Source of the DNA: Candidatus Omnitrophota bacterium
GTDB taxonomy: Bacteria > Omnitrophota > Gorgyraeia > Gygaellales > Profunditerraquicolaceae
Length of the DNA: 56,874 nucleotides
Direction: 5' to 3'
NCBI GenBank assembly: GCA_016208765.1
Contig: JACQXK010000015.1
Span: 1 to 56,874, forward strand
Shown: positions 35,762 to 44,017 of the stretch, in pieces
Layout of the letters: each line of letters begins with the position of its first letter
Numbering within the stretch: the stretch's first letter is position 1
The notes under the pieces: model-generated
The model's database searches: none
The model's input: the letters and a program-made list of their open reading frames with translations, nothing else
Told to the model about the DNA's origin: nothing
Translations under genes and position numbers: made by a program

Positions 35762-36527
35762 TTTAAATTTTATTTTAATACATTGGCGGCCGGCACTAGA
35801 GATCCTTATTTTATGGTTTTTGATTTATCATATTATGCTTTTCTTTGAAGGCACCCGCGCGATACAGGTACTGCGAGGGATTGTTATTCTTTTAGTCATT
35901 TTCTTTGTTTTTCAGTTTTTTAATTTCAGCATACTTGACTGGATAATGACTAAGCTTTTTGCAATTTCTGTTATTGCGATATTTATTATTTTCGCCCCCG
36001 AGATCAGGCAGGGCCTGGCAAGGCTTGGTCAGCGTAATTTATTCGGGACAACTTTGCCTCCGGAGGAATGGGATTCTGTTTTAAAAGAGGTCTGTAATGC
36101 TTCAGAGAATCTTTCTAAGCAAAGGATAGGTGCGTTGATCGCCATAGAAAAGAATGATCCTTTATCTGCTTATATTGAAAGCGGAGTTATGGTTGATGGA
36201 AAGGTTTCTTCAGATTTATTGGAAACAGTCTTTACTCCTAAAAGCATGCTTCATGATGGCGGGGTTGTTATACAGTTTGGCCGCCTTGCTGCCGCAGGAT
36301 GCATATTTCCCTTAAATCAACATCAGGAACTTAGCCGCGTTTTTGGCACGCGCCACCGTGCTGCGCTTGGTTTAAGCGATGAAACCGATTCGCTTATTAT
36401 TGTTGTATCTGAGGAAAGGCAGGACATTACTTTAGTGTATCGGGGAAGGATGTATAAAGACTTAAGCTCGGAGGAATTATTTACAAAGACAAGGGAATTT
36501 ATAAAACTAAAAAAAGAAAATGAGTAA
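35754..36527 (+). CDS. cdaA: diadenylate cyclase (c-di-AMP synthase), membrane-anchored
   Basis: Three N-terminal TM helices. DAC domain motifs HDGGVVI and GTRHRAALGLSDETDSLIIVVSEE. Confidence 0.9.
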   Translation: MDSLNFILIHWRPALEILILWFLIYHIMLFFEGTRAIQVLRGIVILLVIFFVFQFFNFSILDWIMTKLFAISVIAIFIIFAPEIRQGLARLGQRNLFGTTLPPEEWDSVLKEVCNASENLSKQRIGALIAIEKNDPLSAYIESGVMVDGKVSSDLLETVFTPKSMLHDGGVVIQFGRLAAAGCIFPLNQHQELSRVFGTRHRAALGLSDETDSLIIVVSEERQDITLVYRGRMYKDLSSEELFTKTREFIKLKKENE

Positions 36528-36660
36528 AGAAAAGGCATCTATTGTTTACCGCATAAAGCACTGTTTTACTTATCATCCGGCCTTAAAAATAGTTTCGTTG
36601 ATCCTGGCTGTGGTTGTCTGGTTTTATGTCAGGGGAGAAATCTCAAGGTTTAACTTTTAA
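36520..36660 (+). pseudogene. 46-codon remnant of a CdaR/YbbR-like regulator (TM helix only)
   Basis: MSKEKASIVYRIKHCFTYHPALKIVSLILAVVVWFYVRGE.. matches the characteristic N-terminal anchor of YbbR-domain proteins, which normally follow cdaA. No YbbR domains follow, and pdxJ starts 2 nt later. Confidence 0.45.
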
Positions 36661-36661
36661 G

Positions 36662-37372
36662 ATGCCAAGATTGGGAGTAAATATTGATCATGTGGCAACC
36701 TTAAGAGAGGCGCGTAAAGGTATTGAGCCCGAGCCTGTTATGGCAGCTTTATTGGCTCAGGCATCCGGAGCTGATTCAATAGTGGTGCATTTACGCGAGG
36801 ATCGCAGGCATATCAAAGACAGCGATGTTTTTAATCTAAGAAATATATTACATACGCGTTTGAATCTTGAGATGTCAGCTGCTGATGAGATTGTTGATAT
36901 TGCCTGTAAAGTTGTGCCTGACCAGGCGACGCTTGTGCCTGAAAAAAGGCAGGAGCTGACTACTGAAGGCGGATTAGATGTGGCAAACAATTTCAATAAG
37001 CTAAATAAGGCCATTAAGAAATTAAAAGATCACAATATTGAAGTAAGTTTGTTTATAGACCCTGATAAGAAACAAATTTCTGCAGCAAAAAAGATTGGCG
37101 CAAGCATGATTGAGATTCATACTGGAAGATTTGCTGATGCCACAAGTAAAAATGAAGAGGATAAATATTTCAAGGAAATAAAACTTTCAACCGTATTTGC
37201 CAGAAAGATCGGTTTATCCGTTAATGCCGGGCATGGTTTAAATTATCATAATGTCAGCCGTATTGCAAAAATCACCGGGATAGAAGAATTGAACATAGGT
37301 CATTCTATAATTTGCCGCTCGGTGTTTGTAGGGTTAGGCAGGGCGGTAGAAGAAATGAAGGCTTTGATATGA
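36662..37372 (+). CDS. pdxJ: pyridoxine 5'-phosphate synthase
   Basis: MPRLGVNIDHVATLREAR start, preferred over the listed 36614 start. HLREDRRHI and EIHTG motifs. Confidence 0.9.
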   Translation: MPRLGVNIDHVATLREARKGIEPEPVMAALLAQASGADSIVVHLREDRRHIKDSDVFNLRNILHTRLNLEMSAADEIVDIACKVVPDQATLVPEKRQELTTEGGLDVANNFNKLNKAIKKLKDHNIEVSLFIDPDKKQISAAKKIGASMIEIHTGRFADATSKNEEDKYFKEIKLSTVFARKIGLSVNAGHGLNYHNVSRIAKITGIEELNIGHSIICRSVFVGLGRAVEEMKALI

Positions 37373-37725
37373 TCATTGGAACAGGCGTGGATATTACTGA
37401 AGTAAGGCGCCTTAAGCAGGCGGTTGAAAAATGGGGGGATGCTTTTTTAAATCGTTTGTTTACGGATAATGAATTGGAGAATGCCAAAACGCGCGGAAGT
37501 TTATACCAGCACCTTGCCGGAAGATTCGCCGCAAAAGAAGCAATTTTTAAAGCAATGGGTGATGCGGATTTGAGCTGGAAAGACGTGCAGATACTTAACG
37601 ATAAAGATGGCAGGCCATGTTGCAGTATTTTAAACGGGCGCGGCAAGAATGTAGATGTGCATATTTCCATTTCTCATGTAAAAAGCTATGCGACTGCCTT
37701 TGCGATTGTTACAAAGAAGCCCTGA
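37369..37725 (+). CDS. acpS: holo-[acyl-carrier-protein] synthase
   Basis: ATGA overlap with pdxJ. MIIGTGVDITEVRR, FAAKEAIFKA and ISISH motifs. Confidence 0.88.
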   Translation: MIIGTGVDITEVRRLKQAVEKWGDAFLNRLFTDNELENAKTRGSLYQHLAGRFAAKEAIFKAMGDADLSWKDVQILNDKDGRPCCSILNGRGKNVDVHISISHVKSYATAFAIVTKKP

Positions 37726-38551
37726 TTCACATAAGGGAGATTTCGGCCATATTTTTATTCTTGCCGGCTCTGCGCGGTTTTCCGGGGCAGCTGTCCTTTG
37801 TGCGGGCGCGGCAATGCGCTCCGGCTCAGGGATGGTAACCTTGGGTATCCCTAAAGGCATTAATAATGCTGTTATAAAAATTAAGCCTTTGGAGGTGATC
37901 ACGCTGCCTTTGCCTGAAACACAAGAAAAGACATTAAGTTTGGCCGGGCTCAAGAAAATTTACGATTTTTCAAAAAAGACCGATGTCTTGATAGTTGGGC
38001 CGGGGCTATCCCAAAACAAAAACACACAGTTATTAATACGTAAAGTAATCTCAAAAATCTCTAAGCCTATGGTTATTGACGCTGACGGGCTTAATGCATT
38101 AGCAGGGCATTTGAATATTCTGAAAAAAAATGCCAAACGAAAACTGAAAATTATATTAACGCCACACCCGGGTGAGATGGCGCGGCTTTTAGATGTTAGT
38201 GTAAGAGAGGTGCAGGAGAATAGAAAAAAGGTTGCACAAAAATTAGCTTGCGATTATAATATTACAGTTGTCTTAAAGGGTTCTAAGACGATAGTTACAG
38301 ATTCCGAAGGTAATTTTTACGAGAATAGAACCGGAAATCCAGGGATGAGCTCTGCAGGAACAGGGGATGTCCTTAGCGGGATAATCGCCAGTTTCTTGGG
38401 ACAGAAGTTAAGCGTTTTTGAAGCGGCAAAATACGCTGTGTATCTGCATGGTTTAGCCGGCGATTTAGCAGCTAAAGATAAAACTCAGCTTGGATTAATT
38501 GCTTCGGATATAATTGAAAATATTCCTCGGGCGATTAAGATTTGTTCTTAA
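37688..38551 (+). CDS. nnrD: ADP-dependent NAD(P)H-hydrate dehydratase (YjeF C-terminal type, no epimerase domain)
   Basis: HKGDFGHIFILAGS, VIDADGLN and AGTGDVLSG motifs. Confidence 0.85.
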   Translation: MRLPLRLLQRSPDSHKGDFGHIFILAGSARFSGAAVLCAGAAMRSGSGMVTLGIPKGINNAVIKIKPLEVITLPLPETQEKTLSLAGLKKIYDFSKKTDVLIVGPGLSQNKNTQLLIRKVISKISKPMVIDADGLNALAGHLNILKKNAKRKLKIILTPHPGEMARLLDVSVREVQENRKKVAQKLACDYNITVVLKGSKTIVTDSEGNFYENRTGNPGMSSAGTGDVLSGIIASFLGQKLSVFEAAKYAVYLHGLAGDLAAKDKTQLGLIASDIIENIPRAIKICS

Positions 38552-38579
38552 AGATGTTTTAAAAGAGTTAAGATGATTC

Positions 38580-38652
38580 GCCGGCGTAGCTCAGTTGGTA
38601 GAGCGTCTGTTTTGTAAACAGATGGTCGGGGGTTCGATTCCTCTCGCCGGCT
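38580..38652 (+). tRNA. tRNA-Thr(UGU)
   Basis: GCCGGCG/CGCCGGC acceptor stem, anticodon loop TTTGTAA, T loop TTCGATT. 73 nt. Confidence 0.9.
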
Positions 38653-38664
38653 TTGAAAAATTAT

Positions 38665-38747
38665 GGGTAGGTACCCAAGTGGCCAAAGGGGGCAGACTGT
38701 AAATCTGCTGCACCTGTGCTTCAGAGGTTCGAATCCTCTCCTGCCCA
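38665..38747 (+). tRNA. tRNA-Tyr(GUA), class II with long variable arm
   Basis: GGGTAGG/CCTGCCC acceptor stem, anticodon loop CTGTAAA, 14-nt variable arm, T loop TTCGAAT. 83 nt. Confidence 0.9.
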
Positions 38748-38870
38748 TTAAATTTTTACGACAAGGAAAAATTTAATGGCACTTGAGCGAGGAAAAGCGC
38801 CGCGACAAGCGACGCCCGAGCGAAAGTGCATATACTTTGTCTTTGACGCTGCTTGTAGAACAATAGATTC

Positions 38871-38941
38871 GCGGGAGTAGTTCAGTGGTAGAACAATAGC
38901 CTTCCAAGCTATATATGAGGGTTCGATTCCCTTCTCCCGCT
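38871..38941 (+). tRNA. tRNA-Gly(UCC)
   Basis: GCGGGAG/CTCCCGC acceptor stem, anticodon loop CTTCCAA, T loop TTCGATT. 71 nt. Confidence 0.9.
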
Positions 38942-39029
38942 TTTGATAATTCAGGTCCTGTGGCCTTGCGGCCCCAGGATTAAAATTTCAGAATTGAAAG
39001 AGGTAAAGAAAGAGAAATCTGCCAAAGAT

Positions 39030-39440
39030 ATGCCTAAAGAAAATATACAAGAAACAAACATAGAATTCTCCGGACCAGAACGCAGGCAATTTGTCCGGCT
39101 TGATTATGCCGCTCCTTTAGCTTATAAAGTTTGTAAAAAAGAAACAATCAGCAATATCCTTCAAGGTTATACAGTTAATGTCAGCCAATCCGGAGCACTC
39201 TGTAAAATCAAAGATAAAGTAAGAAAGAACGATATACTTTGGGTATCTTTTGACAGGAATGCTTTAAATATTTGTAAAGATATGGAAAAGAACGCTGTAA
39301 TTTATCAAAATGGAATCATCGGTAAAGTTGTGCGCATAGAGCATAATAGGGACAAAGATTATGAAATCGGTATCCGTTTTATTACCAAGGAAGAAAAAAA
39401 CTTCAACAATATTTATCCAAAAGTGCATTTTTTAATTTAA
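39030..39440 (+). CDS. PilZ domain protein (c-di-GMP receptor type)
   Basis: RRQFVR (RxxxR) and NVSQSG (D/N-x-S-x-x-G). ATG at 39030 is preferred because the listed TTG at 38943 abuts tRNA-Gly. Confidence 0.75.
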   Translation: MPKENIQETNIEFSGPERRQFVRLDYAAPLAYKVCKKETISNILQGYTVNVSQSGALCKIKDKVRKNDILWVSFDRNALNICKDMEKNAVIYQNGIIGKVVRIEHNRDKDYEIGIRFITKEEKNFNNIYPKVHFLI

Positions 39441-40444
39441 TGAAAAAAACAAATATTGCAGTTTTAGGCGATGGTGGCTGGGGGACAACATTAGCTATTT
39501 TGCTCTCACGCAAGGGATTTTCAGTCAGCATGTGGGGGGCCTTTAGTGATTATGTAGAGTATCTGGATAAGAAGCGTATCAACTCCAGGTTCCTGCCCGG
39601 CGTAAAGATTCCTGGTAACATCCATATTACCTCGCGAATCAAAGACGCTCTTAATAATAAAGATTTGGTTATTCTTGCTGCTCCTTCGCAGCATACACGG
39701 GAAGTTCTGTCAAAGTTAAAAAAAACCGGGCATTCGCATAATGCTATTTATTTAAGCGTTACCAAGGGTATTGAAATAGGGACACTTAAAAGGATCTCTG
39801 AAATTGTTCATCATGAGCTGGGTAATGTTAAGCTTGCTGTGCTTTCTGGGCCGACAATCGCGCAAGAGGTTGCAAAGGGAGTGCCTACGAGCGCAGTAAT
39901 AGCCTCAAGGGATATCCAAGTGCGCAAATTATTGCAGCAAATTTTTATGACTGATCGTTTTAGGATTTACACCAGTGATGATGTTATTGGAGTAGAATTG
40001 GGAGGGAGCCTTAAGAATATTATTGCTATTGCCTGCGGAATCTCAGATGGACTTGGTTTTGGGACAAACACCAAAGCTGCTATTCTTGCAAGAGGCTTGG
40101 CTGAGATCTCCCGTTTAGGGCATAAGATGGGGGCGAGGGTAAATAGTTTTAGCGGTTTGAGCGGTTTAGGGGATTTAGTTACTACTTGTATCAGTTTGCA
40201 AAGCCGCAATAGGTTTGTAGGCGAGTCAATCGGAAAAGGGAAAACCTTAAAACAAGTTATTGCGCATATGCAGATGGTAGCAGAGGGTATCCCTACTACT
40301 AAATCAGCAGTTTCTTTAAGTAAAAAATATAAGATTGAAATGCCGATAACTCAACAAGTTTATCAGGTTTTATATCGTAATAAATCTCCTTTAAAAGCGG
40401 TGAATGATTTGATGACGCGTAAAGGAAAAGAAGAGCACTTGTAA
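39440..40444 (+). CDS. gpsA: NAD(P)H-dependent glycerol-3-phosphate dehydrogenase
   Basis: VLGDGGWGTTLA Rossmann motif, GSLKN, and a GpsA-like C-terminus. Confidence 0.9.
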   Translation: MKKTNIAVLGDGGWGTTLAILLSRKGFSVSMWGAFSDYVEYLDKKRINSRFLPGVKIPGNIHITSRIKDALNNKDLVILAAPSQHTREVLSKLKKTGHSHNAIYLSVTKGIEIGTLKRISEIVHHELGNVKLAVLSGPTIAQEVAKGVPTSAVIASRDIQVRKLLQQIFMTDRFRIYTSDDVIGVELGGSLKNIIAIACGISDGLGFGTNTKAAILARGLAEISRLGHKMGARVNSFSGLSGLGDLVTTCISLQSRNRFVGESIGKGKTLKQVIAHMQMVAEGIPTTKSAVSLSKKYKIEMPITQQVYQVLYRNKSPLKAVNDLMTRKGKEEHL

Positions 40445-40573
40445 AATTAGCAATTTGTGATTGGGCGTGTCCCGTTACAAATTGCCGCTCTTTAAATTTT
40501 AGTACAATTTGTGATTGGGTGGGCGTGCCCCGTTACAAATTGTCGGCTCTTTAAATTTTAGTACAATTTGTAA
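40445..40573 (+). repeat. two tandem ~54/59-nt units, each a degenerate copy of the tRNA-Pro leader and 5' end plus its inverted complement
   Basis: Unit structure is TAG(T)ACAATTTGT-GATTGGG(TGG)GCGTG(T/C)CCCGTT-ACAAATTG(C/T)C(G)GCTCTTTAAATT. The third copy of TTAGTACAATTTGT runs straight into the tRNA (AACGGGGCGTG). Confidence 0.85.
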
Positions 40574-40651
40574 CGGGGCGTGGCTCAGTTTGGCTAGAGC
40601 GCTTGAATGGGGTTCAAGAGGTCGACAGTTCAAGTCTGTCCGCCCCGACCA
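40574..40651 (+). tRNA. tRNA-Pro(GGG) with encoded CCA
   Basis: CGGGGCG/CGCCCCG acceptor stem, anticodon loop ATGGGGT, T loop TTCAAGT, and ACCA at the 3' end. Confidence 0.9.
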
Positions 40652-40673
40652 TATTTAAAAAAGGAGGCTGAAA

Positions 40674-41027
40674 ATGGCTTATGGGGGTCCTGAAAGAAGA
40701 AGTTCTCAAAGGGTTTTCGGGCGTTTTATTGTCTCCTATAGGGTACTTGAAGAAGCTGATAATGCCGATATTTCACAAACAAAGAACATTAGTATGGGAG
40801 GCATGCTTCTTACTACAAACCGGGCATTTGACCCTGGGACGAACCTTGCTTTAGAGATACGCCTTCCTTTTGATCCGCATCCAATTATGCTGATTGGTAA
40901 AGTGATTGAGTCACGTGTAATTACCAAAGATTTGATTTATGATACGCGGCTTATGTTTTTGGCAGTAGATGAGAACCATCGTAAAGTTATGAATGAAACA
41001 ATTGCACATTATTCCAAGAAAGGATAA
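40674..41027 (+). CDS. PilZ domain protein
   Basis: AGGAGG SD. RRSSQR (RxxxR) and NISMGG (N-x-S-x-x-G). Confidence 0.8.
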   Translation: MAYGGPERRSSQRVFGRFIVSYRVLEEADNADISQTKNISMGGMLLTTNRAFDPGTNLALEIRLPFDPHPIMLIGKVIESRVITKDLIYDTRLMFLAVDENHRKVMNETIAHYSKKG

Positions 41028-41030
41028 TTA

Positions 41031-42245
41031 ATGAGAAAAATAAACTTGGGAATAATCGGTTTTGGGAATGTAGGCGCAGGGGTTATAAAAATTTTGCGCG
41101 AGAAGAAAAGTTTGTTATCCGAGAAAATTGGCATTGAAATAAATGTCAAGAAAGTTTGCGACAAAGACATAATTTCCAAAAGAAACGTAAGCGTTGATAA
41201 GGCTCTTTTGACCCGTAATCCTAAAGATATCCTTGATGATCCGCAAATTGATATTGTTGTTGAGCTTGTAGGAGGAATTAATCCTGCAAAGGAGTTTATC
41301 ACAAGCGCGTTAAATAAGGGAAAGCATGTGGTAACTGCGAATAAAGCATTGCTTGCCCAGGATGGGCAGGAATTGTTAAGCCTGGCTGATGACCGGGGAA
41401 AGAACATTTATTTTGAGGCTTCTGTAGGCGCGGGTATCCCGATAATTAAATCTGTCAGGGAAGGCCTGGTTGCCAATAATTTTAAAAGTGTATATGGTAT
41501 AGTAAATGGAACGTCCAATTTTATTTTATCGCGGATGTCGGAAAATAACTGTACATTTAATCAGGCATTAAAAGAAGCGCAGGAAAAAGGTTTTGCCGAA
41601 AAAGACCCTACCTTAGACATAGAAGGGATAGATTCCTGCCACAAACTGGTTTTGTTGACCTATTTATGTTTCGGCAGGTTTATTAAGATCAGCGATGTTT
41701 TTGTTGAGGGAATATCCAAAATTTCAACGGCTGATGTTTGCTATGCTAATGAAATTGGCCTGCAGATTAAGCTGCTTGCGATTGCAAAAAAGGAAGGCAA
41801 TGATCTTGAGGTCAGGGTGCATCCGACATTAATACCAAAGTCAAGTTTGTTGGCATCTGTTTCCGGAGTTTTTAACGCGATTTATGTAGATAGCGATTTG
41901 GCAGGCGATTTGCTTTTTTACGGGCCCGGGTCCGGACAGTTGATTGTTCAGGATAAAACAATCAGGAACCTGAGAAGTACAGATGATTTTGAAAGCAGAT
42001 ATTATATTCGTTTTATGGCTTTGGATAAACCCGGGGTACTTGCAAAAATCTCCGGAGTCCTGGCAAAGTTCGGGATTAGTATTGCTTCGGTGACCCAAAA
42101 GGAACATCGCAAGGCCCATGTTGTGCCGATAGTAATGATAATCCATCAGGCAAAAGAAAAAAATTTACGCCTTGCCTTGGCAGCCATCAGCCGATTGGAT
42201 GTAATCAAAGAGGCAGCAGTGGCAATCAGGATGGAAGAGATATGA
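41031..42245 (+). CDS. hom: homoserine dehydrogenase with C-terminal ACT domain
   Basis: LGIIGFGNVGAGV, HVVTANKAL and EASVGAGIPII motifs. ACT domain (DKPGVLAKISGVLAKFGISIASV). Confidence 0.9.
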   Translation: MRKINLGIIGFGNVGAGVIKILREKKSLLSEKIGIEINVKKVCDKDIISKRNVSVDKALLTRNPKDILDDPQIDIVVELVGGINPAKEFITSALNKGKHVVTANKALLAQDGQELLSLADDRGKNIYFEASVGAGIPIIKSVREGLVANNFKSVYGIVNGTSNFILSRMSENNCTFNQALKEAQEKGFAEKDPTLDIEGIDSCHKLVLLTYLCFGRFIKISDVFVEGISKISTADVCYANEIGLQIKLLAIAKKEGNDLEVRVHPTLIPKSSLLASVSGVFNAIYVDSDLAGDLLFYGPGSGQLIVQDKTIRNLRSTDDFESRYYIRFMALDKPGVLAKISGVLAKFGISIASVTQKEHRKAHVVPIVMIIHQAKEKNLRLALAAISRLDVIKEAAVAIRMEEI

Positions 42246-43333
42246 AGAGCAATAGGTATCAAGGTTTAATTAACAAATACCGGAAGTATCTTCCGGTTTC
42301 AGATAAAACGCCTGTTATTACTTTAAACGAAGGGAATACTCCTTTGATTTATGCCGGTTATTTATCGGGATTGATCGGCAAAAATATTGAAGTTTATTTA
42401 AAGTATGAAGGCTTGAATCCTACAGGTTCTTTTAAGGATCGCGGGATGACCATGGCAATATCCAAGGCCTGCGAGGAGAAATCAAGAGCAGTGATTTGCG
42501 CCTCAACAGGGAATACTTCAGCTTCTGCTGCTGCATATGCGGCAAGGGCTGGTATAAAATGTATTGTGCTTATTCCCGAGGGTGCAATTGCTTTAGGTAA
42601 ATTAAGCCAGGCATTAATTCATAATGCTGAGGTTTTGGCGGTTAAGGGTAATTTTGACGATGCGCTTATGCTGGTAAGGGAAATTTCCGGAAAATATCCT
42701 GTAACTTTAGTTAATTCGCTTAATCCATACCGCATTGAAGGGCAAAAAACAGCGAGTTTTGAAATTTGCGATTTTCTTGAAGCAGCTCCTGATTTTCAGG
42801 TAATGCCGGTTGGAAACGCAGGAAATATTACTGCATATTGGAAAGGGTATAAAGAATATCGTGGTTCAGGAAAAATTAAAACTTTGCCTAAGATGCTCGG
42901 TTTTCAGGCCGCAGGGTCTGCCCCGATTGTAAAAGGCCATCCTATAAAACATCCTAAAACAATTGCTACTGCAATTAAGATTGGAAATCCTGCCAGCTGG
43001 AAACAGGCTGAAAATGCCCGCGATGAATCAGGCGGATTAATTGATATGGTTACAGATAAAGAGATTATTGCAGCTTATAAATTGCTGGCAGCCAAAGAGG
43101 GTGTTTTCGCAGAACCTGCATCCTGCGCTTCCGTCGCTGGGCTCATAAAATTTTCCAAGAGCGGCTATTTTAAAAGGCGACAGGCGACAGGCGACAGGCG
43201 ACAGGCGACAAAGATAGTTTGTATTTTAACCGGCCATGGTCTCAAGGATCCTGACCGTGCAATTAAAAGTGTAAAAGCGCCAAAAGTTGTAAAGCCGGAT
43301 TTGAAAGTAATATTGAAAGAGATTGGGTATTGA
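42242..43333 (+). CDS. thrC: threonine synthase
   Basis: PLP-lysine motif NPTGSFKDRGMT and TGNTSASAAAYAA. ATGA overlap with hom. Confidence 0.9.
   Translation: MKSNRYQGLINKYRKYLPVSDKTPVITLNEGNTPLIYAGYLSGLIGKNIEVYLKYEGLNPTGSFKDRGMTMAISKACEEKSRAVICASTGNTSASAAAYAARAGIKCIVLIPEGAIALGKLSQALIHNAEVLAVKGNFDDALMLVREISGKYPVTLVNSLNPYRIEGQKTASFEICDFLEAAPDFQVMPVGNAGNITAYWKGYKEYRGSGKIKTLPKMLGFQAAGSAPIVKGHPIKHPKTIATAIKIGNPASWKQAENARDESGGLIDMVTDKEIIAAYKLLAAKEGVFAEPASCASVAGLIKFSKSGYFKRRQATGDRRQATKIVCILTGHGLKDPDRAIKSVKAPKVVKPDLKVILKEIGY
43176..43210 (+). repeat. heptanucleotide tandem array (GGCGACA)x5 inside thrC
   Basis: The sequence is ggcgacaggcgacaggcgacaggcgacaggcgaca. In the thrC frame it encodes RRQATGDRRQAT. 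Confidence 0.95.
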
Positions 43334-43368
43334 TAACTTAATTCGTAACTCGTAAATGGAGAGATTGA

Positions 43369-44007
43369 ATGAAGCTAAAAAATAAACGAATTCTTATTAC
43401 AGGCGGGCCGACGTGGGTTCCTATTGATAATGTTAGAGTGATCAGTAATGTAGCCACTGGAGAAACCGGCGTGATTTTAGCCGAAAAGTTGATTAAAGAA
43501 GGCGCAAAGGTTACATTACTGCTCGGCCCTGCAACAAACCGTTGTTTAAATAAGAAAATCAGAGTTTTAAATTTCAGGTATTTTAGTGATTTATTAAGGT
43601 TGATGGTTGATGAGGTAAAACAACGCAAGTATGATGTTTTAATTCATTCAGCGGCAGTTTCAGATTATTGCCTTGAATCTGCGGAAAAACTAAAAATCAG
43701 CTCAAATCTTAAAAGATTAAAACTTGTTTTGATGCCTACTCCCAAAATCATTGATTTAATAAAGAAAATTGATAGTTCAATTTTCCTGGTTGGTTTTAAA
43801 TTTGAGTTAGGTATCAGCAAGGAAGGGCTGATTAAAAGGGCCCTTAATTTGATCCGGCGCTCAAAGCTTGATTTAGCAGTAGCGAATACAATTTCCGGAG
43901 AGCATTATGAGTCTTATGTTGTTGATTATGGGGTAGTAAGCGAGCCTTATTACAGCAGAGAGAAGTTGGCGGACGGTTTGATTAAAGAAATCGCGCAGGA
44001 GTTGTGA
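43369..44007 (+). CDS. coaB: phosphopantothenate-cysteine ligase, stand-alone CoaB domain
   Basis: ILITGGPTWVPIDNVRVISNVATGETG matches the CoaB half of CoaBC. No flavoprotein (CoaC) half is attached. Confidence 0.75.
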   Translation: MKLKNKRILITGGPTWVPIDNVRVISNVATGETGVILAEKLIKEGAKVTLLLGPATNRCLNKKIRVLNFRYFSDLLRLMVDEVKQRKYDVLIHSAAVSDYCLESAEKLKISSNLKRLKLVLMPTPKIIDLIKKIDSSIFLVGFKFELGISKEGLIKRALNLIRRSKLDLAVANTISGEHYESYVVDYGVVSEPYYSREKLADGLIKEIAQEL

Positions 44008-44017
44008 AATTATCTTA

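Noticed and set aside
38548-38748. 66-aa minus-strand ORF
   Set aside because: It is entirely composed of the reverse complement of tRNA-Thr and tRNA-Tyr.
40445-40573. Tandem repeats as a mini CRISPR array
   Set aside because: There are only two units plus the tRNA itself. The units abut one another without unique spacers, and no cas genes are present.
41900-42010. Frameshift or pseudogene in hom, because the region between GPGSGQ and the ACT domain is short
   Set aside because: The reading frame is continuous, both flanking domains are intact, and alternative frames contain stops. It is more likely a natural short linker or an in-frame deletion, and I cannot judge which without an alignment.
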